Shown here: piece by piece, positions 61,301-64,000 of the stretch
Numbering within the stretch: position 1 is the first letter of the stretch
Layout: the number at the start of each line of letters is the position of its first letter
NCBI RefSeq assembly: GCF_009834535.1
Contig: NC_045696.1
Span: 64,172,001-64,236,000 of the forward strand
Reading direction: 5' to 3'
Length of the DNA: 64,000 bases
Origin: Camelus ferus
Taxonomy: Eukaryota
Position numbers and translations under genes: made by a program
The notes under the pieces: generated by a model
Database searches by the model: none
The model's input: only the letters and a program-made list of their open reading frames with translations
What the model was told of the DNA's origin: nothing

Positions 61301-63284
61301 ACTGAGATAAGATTAAATTTATTAAATTATTTAATAACTTTATAAATAGTTATTGAATCCATTTTTGGACCCAGCACTGTGGGAGAAATAAAGATAAAGA
61401 TTGACCCTTGACCTCCAATCTATAGTTTTGTTTCAAAGATGAACCAGACCCAAGGGAAATGATGGCATCGCCACCTGAGGTCATCATAATTGCAAAGAGT
61501 GTCAAATAGAAGCGGGAAGAATATAGGAAGGAGCAGCCTCACTGGGGCCTGTGGCTGCCATGAGAGGCTTCATGCAGGGGATACAACTTGATCTGGGTCC
61601 GGAAGGATGGGCTAGATTTTGCAAAGTAGGAGGCAAGGGTATTCCCAACCAGGAGAACAGCCTAAGCACAAGCAGAAGGCTAAGCAAATCTCTTTTGTCT
61701 CAGAAATGCAAAAGAATGTAGGGTGGCCGAGCTAAAACTCCAAAGCAAGGCTTGTTTCAAAGAAGCCCTGGAAGGTTAGCTAAGACCCATGCAGTAGAAT
61801 ATGAGGAAGGCACAGATGGATGAAGGCAGCCAGTGATGTTTGGACTCTGTGCTGAAAGCAACGAGAGTCACTGAAGATATCTGAGCAGGTTTTCAGCAGT
61901 GCACTTAAGACAGATTAATTAGATGGCGGAAGGAAGGCTGTGTATGACAGCAGAGAGGCTGTGGGAGAGAAGCAGTAAGGAAATGAAAACCTAGACCTTT
62001 CAGTCATTTTCAAAACACTATGAAGCTCCAGAGTGTGCTTGGCATCGGGGTTACAAAGGTGGGTAAGATGTGGTCACCACTCTCAAGTAGCTCAGGTGCT
62101 GAGAGGGAAGAGCATCACACAAGCAGATGATCCCAAGGCAGTGTGGCCAGTGCCTTCCAGGCCAAGGGCTGGAGAGGAGACCTCCCAGATGAGGGTGGTG
62201 GCAGCAGTGAGGGGAAGGGCCAGGTTCCCCATTATGATCTGACCCACGGCCGTATCCTACAGACTTCTCCAAACAACCCTTGCACCCAGGGTACCTATTT
62301 CACAACCCTGAGAAAGGCTGTCTCCACTTAGGGAAAAAAAAAAAAACCAAACATAGTGTTACTTTGAAATAACCCACATCAGAATAGGGATGAGAATCAA
62401 AGGTGAGCATTTAGACACTGCCGGGGGTCTGTGGTTTTAGTCCCAAAGGCAGCTCCTCCCTTACAGAGTCATCGTACACATTCTCTACCCTTTAGGGTCA
62501 AAAAGGGGGCTGCACAACTATTCTTCTGCTGTGGATGCGGCCATGGGAACTTGTAGCTCTTATGTCTATTAAATAAGTGTATCTGGTGGTCAAGGCATAG
62601 CCTTTAATCCTTACAAAGAGGTTGGTTGGGTGGGTTCAACTCTCATCAAGTCATTAGATTTAGGGCTGGGAACATAGGTTCAAAATTTTTTCACTGAGTT
62701 TCTATCAAAATAAACTTGAGCCTCTGGCCCCCTTTTGTTTCTTTTACTCATGTGTCAATTTTACTGAAAGAATGAACTCTAAGTAGATTTTGCTTTAGGA
62801 AAATTAGGATTAATAATATTATTAGCTGAATGATTTAATCTTTTTCTATTTGAAAAGGTAAAAATGAAGAGAGAGACACAGAGGCCCCAGAGCAGTCCTG
62901 TCTCATGGCTGTGACCCAGGGTGCATTTGCTCCACGTCTGTCATCAGGCTGGGGAGGGGCACAGGCCAAGAGGCAGTCAGTTCTCCACCGAATCCTGGCT
63001 CTGCCATTTACTTATTGGCATTTATTTATTGAGTCCTTAGGCAAGGTACTGGCCTTCTCATCTGTCAAGTGGAAAAAAATCATGCCTATTCGCCATGCCC
63101 AGAGAGTTGTTACAAATATATCAATTAGATAAGATCATTAATATGTGAGTTTTTTCAAGTTTAAAGTATGCAAATTATAAAAGTGGTATTTCTCTCTCTG
63201 CAGCTCATCCCAACCATCACATCATGGAGGGTTTCGATTTTGGTGGCAGCCCTCACCCTGTTCTGTGTGGCCTTCTTTGTAGAG
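4709..63284 (+). CDS. ATP13A5: P5B-type ATPase ATP13A5, partial multi-exon gene (22 internal exons, probably exons 8-29), with an apparent +1 frameshift at 25771-25777
   Basis: Hand-spliced exons translate to a P-type ATPase with LVPGD, TGES, DKTGTLT, KGAPE, TGDN and GDGAND, plus ATP13A5-type segments ([33 protein letters not shown]). All introns are GT-AG. Intron phases are compatible at every junction except 25116/25771. Exon lengths sum to 2659 nt (3n+1). Confidence 0.96.
4890..5052. mobile_element. hAT-type DNA transposon relic (MER96-like)
   Basis: Ends are roughly inverted (ggggccaaggtgaggca ... tgcttcaccatggtcccagccctg); family name from memory. Confidence 0.45.
5713..5841 (+). CDS. 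ATP13A5: ATP13A5 exon (129 nt), actuator domain [14 protein letters not shown]...NEGMLT
   Basis: tatag|GT ... ACAG|gtgggc; overlaps ORF 5715..5948. Confidence 0.95.
7611..7785 (-). mobile_element. tRNA-Ala-derived SINE (camelid Vic-1-like)
   Basis: Reverse complement GGGGCGAGGGTATAATTCAAGTGGTAGAGCACATGCTTAGC...GGGTTTAATCCCTAGT has A/B boxes followed by an (AAAT/AAAC)n tail. Confidence 0.85.
7850..7960. mobile_element. MIR SINE core
   Basis: cccactttacagatgaggaaaccgagg is the MIR core; similar cores near 15670, 27030, 28650 and 33810. Confidence 0.7.
8940..9140. mobile_element. L2 3' remnant
   Basis: ttcattcattcatcccacaaatgtttattagccctactatg...ggggatacagcagtgaaaa is typical of L2 ends; similar remnants near 2180, 9460, 13210, 25260 and 30490. 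Confidence 0.65.
11721..11891 (+). CDS. ATP13A5: ATP13A5 exon (171 nt), [12 protein letters not shown]...AVVLQT; completes the TGES motif
   Basis: ctgtag|GA ... ACAG|gttagt; open frame, phase 1 to 1. Confidence 0.95.
14086..14109. repeat. Poly(T)24 tract
   Basis: Direct read. Confidence 0.95.
14168..14325 (+). CDS. ATP13A5: ATP13A5 exon (158 nt), [16 protein letters not shown]...VYHG (TM3)
   Basis: atgtag|GT ... GGA|gtaagt; overlaps ORF 14077..14415. Confidence 0.95.
15390..15578 (+). CDS. ATP13A5: ATP13A5 exon (189 nt), TM4 [12 protein letters not shown] ... LVCFDK, including the phosphorylated Asp
   Basis: ccctag|GTC ... GACAAA|gtatga; 63 open codons. Confidence 0.95.
16845..17264 (-). 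mobile_element. Solo ERV1-class LTR, 420 bp
   Basis: TG...CA termini with 4-bp target-site duplication CTAA (16841-16844 and 17265-17268); orientation inferred from resemblance to ERV1 LTR ends. Confidence 0.8.
17765..18594 (-). mobile_element. 5'-truncated L1 (ORF2 C-terminus plus 3'UTR)
   Basis: ORF remnants [14 protein letters not shown] and [19 protein letters not shown] are L1 ORF2-like; flanked by 12-bp duplication ATTGTGCAAAGA (17753-17764, 18595-18606). Confidence 0.92.
20565..20672 (+). mobile_element. Short L1 3'-end fragment in sense orientation
   Basis: gtgcacctgtaatttcatgatattgtatattaattatgcttcAATAAA followed by an A-rich tail. Confidence 0.6.
20789..20850 (+). CDS. ATP13A5: ATP13A5 exon (62 nt), [20 protein letters not shown]; completes DKTGT
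   Basis: ttccag|ACT ... TG|gtaggc. Confidence 0.95.
22602..22752 (+). CDS. ATP13A5: ATP13A5 exon (151 nt), N domain FQEVHSF...CHSL...[14 protein letters not shown]
   Basis: taccag|T ... TGG|gtaagg; overlaps ORF 22522..22761. Confidence 0.95.
23140..23302. mobile_element. MER3/MER33-like hAT-Charlie relic
   Basis: Inverted arms tagccactagccacgtgtggcta / tagccacaagtggctcgtagcggct around an AT-rich core. Confidence 0.7.
25030..25116 (+). CDS. ATP13A5: ATP13A5 exon (87 nt), [29 protein letters not shown]
   Basis: aacag|GTA ... CGG|gtatga; phase 0 to 0. Confidence 0.9.
25771..25928 (+). CDS. ATP13A5: ATP13A5 exon (158 nt, one base too long), [22 protein letters not shown]...KGAPE...CRPET
   Basis: tcacag|GGTCCCCGTG ... 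ACAG|gtacta; the conserved frame has GTG at 25778, 7 nt after the acceptor. Confidence 0.9.
27273..27483. mobile_element. MER58A-like DNA transposon relic
   Basis: ggcaaactttt...gagccaggtagtaaatattt...tgttccagtacaactttattt...tagtttgctgactcctg; homologous to the copy at 52181. Confidence 0.75.
27732..27899 (-). mobile_element. tRNA-Ala-derived SINE (Vic-1-like)
   Basis: Reverse complement GGGGAGGGTATAGACCAGTGGTAGACAGCGTGCTTAGCATGCACAAGGTCCTGGGTTCAATCCCCAGTACCTCCA followed by an (AAAC)n tail. Confidence 0.9.
28915..29032 (+). CDS. ATP13A5: ATP13A5 exon (118 nt), [25 protein letters not shown]...SLA
   Basis: ggcag|TG ... AG|gtaagg. Confidence 0.95.
32350..32474 (+). CDS. ATP13A5: ATP13A5 exon (125 nt), [21 protein letters not shown]...TVMIT
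   Basis: ccaaag|A ... ACCG|gtatgg; AAG acceptor inferred from phase. Confidence 0.92.
33272..33432 (+). CDS. ATP13A5: ATP13A5 exon (161 nt), [17 protein letters not shown]...GPGKN; completes TGDN
   Basis: tctag|GG ... AAT|gtgagt. Confidence 0.95.
33588..33750. mobile_element. MER5-like DNA transposon relic
   Basis: ttggcttcacatagaaatcacccggag...aatcagaatctcc...tccccagtgattc...tgagagccgct. Confidence 0.55.
35514..35639 (+). CDS. ATP13A5: ATP13A5 exon (126 nt), [10 protein letters not shown]...[23 protein letters not shown]
   Basis: ttttag|GAC ... AAG|gtaagt. Confidence 0.94.
36741..36820 (+). CDS. ATP13A5: ATP13A5 exon (80 nt), [26 protein letters not shown]
   Basis: ctccag|ATT ... AA|gtaggt. 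Confidence 0.95.
36847..37397. mobile_element. MaLR LTR (MLT1-like)
   Basis: Starts tgtattccttatctattgctatgtaacaaattacccc...tagtggctt, a typical MLT1 terminus; begins about 27 nt after the donor at 36820. Confidence 0.75.
39149..39191 (+). CDS. ATP13A5: ATP13A5 exon (43 nt), [14 protein letters not shown] (P-domain GDGAND motif)
   Basis: ctgcag|C ... GGG|gtgagt. Confidence 0.96.
41018..41127 (+). CDS. ATP13A5: ATP13A5 exon (110 nt), [24 protein letters not shown]...QLI
   Basis: ttccag|GCT ... AA|gtaagc. Confidence 0.95.
43900..44060 (-). mobile_element. L1 3'-end fragment
   Basis: ttttttaaattgaagtatagttgacatacaacattatattagtttcagatgtacaacatagtgattc. Confidence 0.8.
44676..44772 (+). CDS. 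ATP13A5: ATP13A5 exon (97 nt), [32 protein letters not shown] (TM5)
   Basis: caacag|A ... TGG|gtatga. Confidence 0.95.
45275..45300. repeat. Poly(A)26 tract
   Basis: Direct read. Confidence 0.95.
46603..46713 (-). mobile_element. tRNA-derived SINE (Vic-1-like, diverged)
   Basis: gagattgaacccaggaccctgtgcataccaagcatgcattctgccactgacccataccctcc aligns with the copies at 7700 and 27830. Confidence 0.85.
46892..46964 (+). CDS. ATP13A5: ATP13A5 exon (73 nt), [24 protein letters not shown] (TM6)
   Basis: tttcag|CAA ... ACAA|gtaagc. Confidence 0.94.
51738..51912 (+). CDS. ATP13A5: ATP13A5 exon (175 nt), [23 protein letters not shown]...[11 protein letters not shown] (TM7)
   Basis: tttcag|TG ... 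AG|gtaaag. Confidence 0.95.
52181..52406. mobile_element. MER58A-like DNA transposon relic
   Basis: Inverted ends cagaggtcag ... ctgacccctg; internal tgttccaataaaactttatt. Confidence 0.8.
54325..54527 (+). CDS. ATP13A5: ATP13A5 exon (203 nt), [25 protein letters not shown]...[14 protein letters not shown] (lumenal loop and TM8)
   Basis: ttgtag|T ... AACT|gtaagt; overlaps ORF 54365..54622. Confidence 0.95.
54930..57700 (-). mobile_element. Long, highly decayed L1M-type region
   Basis: About 2.8 kb of strongly T-rich sequence with L1 antisense phrases (tctctccatttattcgtgcttt, atcatctgcaattaataatg, cccttctatttctagt, gtaaaatcatctggttcc); boundaries approximate. Confidence 0.65.
55327..55370. 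repeat. Compound (TA)n(TG)n microsatellite
   Basis: Direct read. Confidence 0.9.
57753..59210 (-). pseudogene. Candidate retrocopy of an mRNA 3'UTR (source unknown)
   Basis: Exact 15-bp direct repeat TTTCAATTCAGAGTC at 57738-57752 and 59211-59225; minus-strand AATAAA at 57759-57764; no repeat family recognised inside. Confidence 0.5.
59712..60256 (-). mobile_element. ERV1-class solo LTR (MER41-like)
   Basis: Ends ...ccaatatggagtcaggtttgttcctctgttaCA (reverse complement TGTAACAGAGG...GACTCCATATTGG), like MER41-type LTR starts; left boundary uncertain and no clean TSD. Confidence 0.65.
60637..60725 (+). CDS. ATP13A5: ATP13A5 exon (89 nt), [30 protein letters not shown] (TM9)
   Basis: cttcag|AT ... 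GAG|gtacgt. Confidence 0.94.
61133..61258 (-). mobile_element. tRNA-derived SINE (Vic-1-like) with 15-bp TSD
   Basis: gaacccaggatcatgtgcatgctaagcatgcactctacactgagctacacaccctcccc; TSD TAGGGAGTTTTAGTT at 61118-61132 and 61259-61273. Confidence 0.9.
63204..63284 (+). CDS. ATP13A5: ATP13A5 exon (81 nt), [27 protein letters not shown] (TM10)
   Basis: ctgcag|CTC ... GAG|gtaaag. Confidence 0.94.
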
Positions 63285-64000
63285 GTAAAGTAACTTCCGT
63301 ACGCTTCTTACAATTTTCTGGGGAGATAAATAAAGGGGCTCATTCTCAACAGGTGAACATTTTTTAGAACAACCATGTTTGTCCCCCCAAAATTATAGTT
63401 ATTAAGGGTTTGTAAAAACTGTACACATTCTCTTTGGGGGAAATGAGAATGACTTAAAATTCTTTAAAGGCTGCATTGAAATGCTCTCAGGATCTGTGGC
63501 GTAGAAAGCAAAACATCAAATTAACTCTAATTGCGACTCATATGAAAGCCATGTGTTGTATCTCCCTAGTATTCTCAATAATCAGGCAGAGGCTAGACCA
63601 GGTGACCTTCCAGCTCTAAAATTCAACGAGACCTTTTAGAGTGAAGGACTGTCTTCAGGAGAGCTTCCTTAATTAAGAGAGAAGGGAAGTCATTGCTCAT
63701 TCTAGTCAATTCTCACCCTTGAAGGTCTTCCCCTATAGCATTTTTCTTTTACTCAGTGTCACTAAATGGCTTTTCCTACTCAGCGAAAGGCTGAGGTATC
63801 ATTTTTTAAAGGATAGTTTTAAAAAAAGATTCATGTACTGAAGTTCCTTGGGAAAAGAAATCAAATTAAGAAAAAAATATGTATATATACAAATATCTCA
63901 TGTATCCAGTGTACATAAAACTTCTCCTACTTTTTAACTGAAAATTTCCATTTCTGAGACTATATTTTTAAAAATAACCCAAAAGGAGAGAAAAAAAATT

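Noticed and set aside
1..64000. CRISPR arrays, operons or other prokaryote-type systems
   Set aside because: The sequence is a spliced mammalian locus, and no regularly spaced repeat-spacer structure was seen.

Overview
Mammalian genomic DNA, most likely a camelid: it has Vic-1-like tRNA-Ala-derived SINEs and cetartiodactyl-type L1 3' ends, and I saw no Alu, Bov-tA, PRE-1 or CAN SINEs. The whole window lies inside one + strand gene, the P5B-type ATPase ATP13A5. I traced 22 internal coding exons by hand (4709-63284, probably exons 8-29 of 30), all with GT-AG splice sites. They carry the TGES, DKTGT, KGAPE, TGDN and GDGAND motifs. The first exons and the terminal exon are outside the window. 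Two coding anomalies stand out. The exon at 25771 has one extra base, so the spliced frame shifts and stops at TGA 33312-33314, which is either a loss-of-function allele or an assembly indel. The TM4 signature reads PAVLP rather than PP(A/V)LP. Introns contain SINEs, L1, L2/MIR, LTRs and hAT relics, plus a ~1.46 kb 3'UTR-like segment flanked by an exact 15-bp direct repeat (candidate unannotated retrocopy). No CRISPR array, rRNA or true tRNA gene was found. Repeat family names and comparisons to human proteins are from memory, not from a search.
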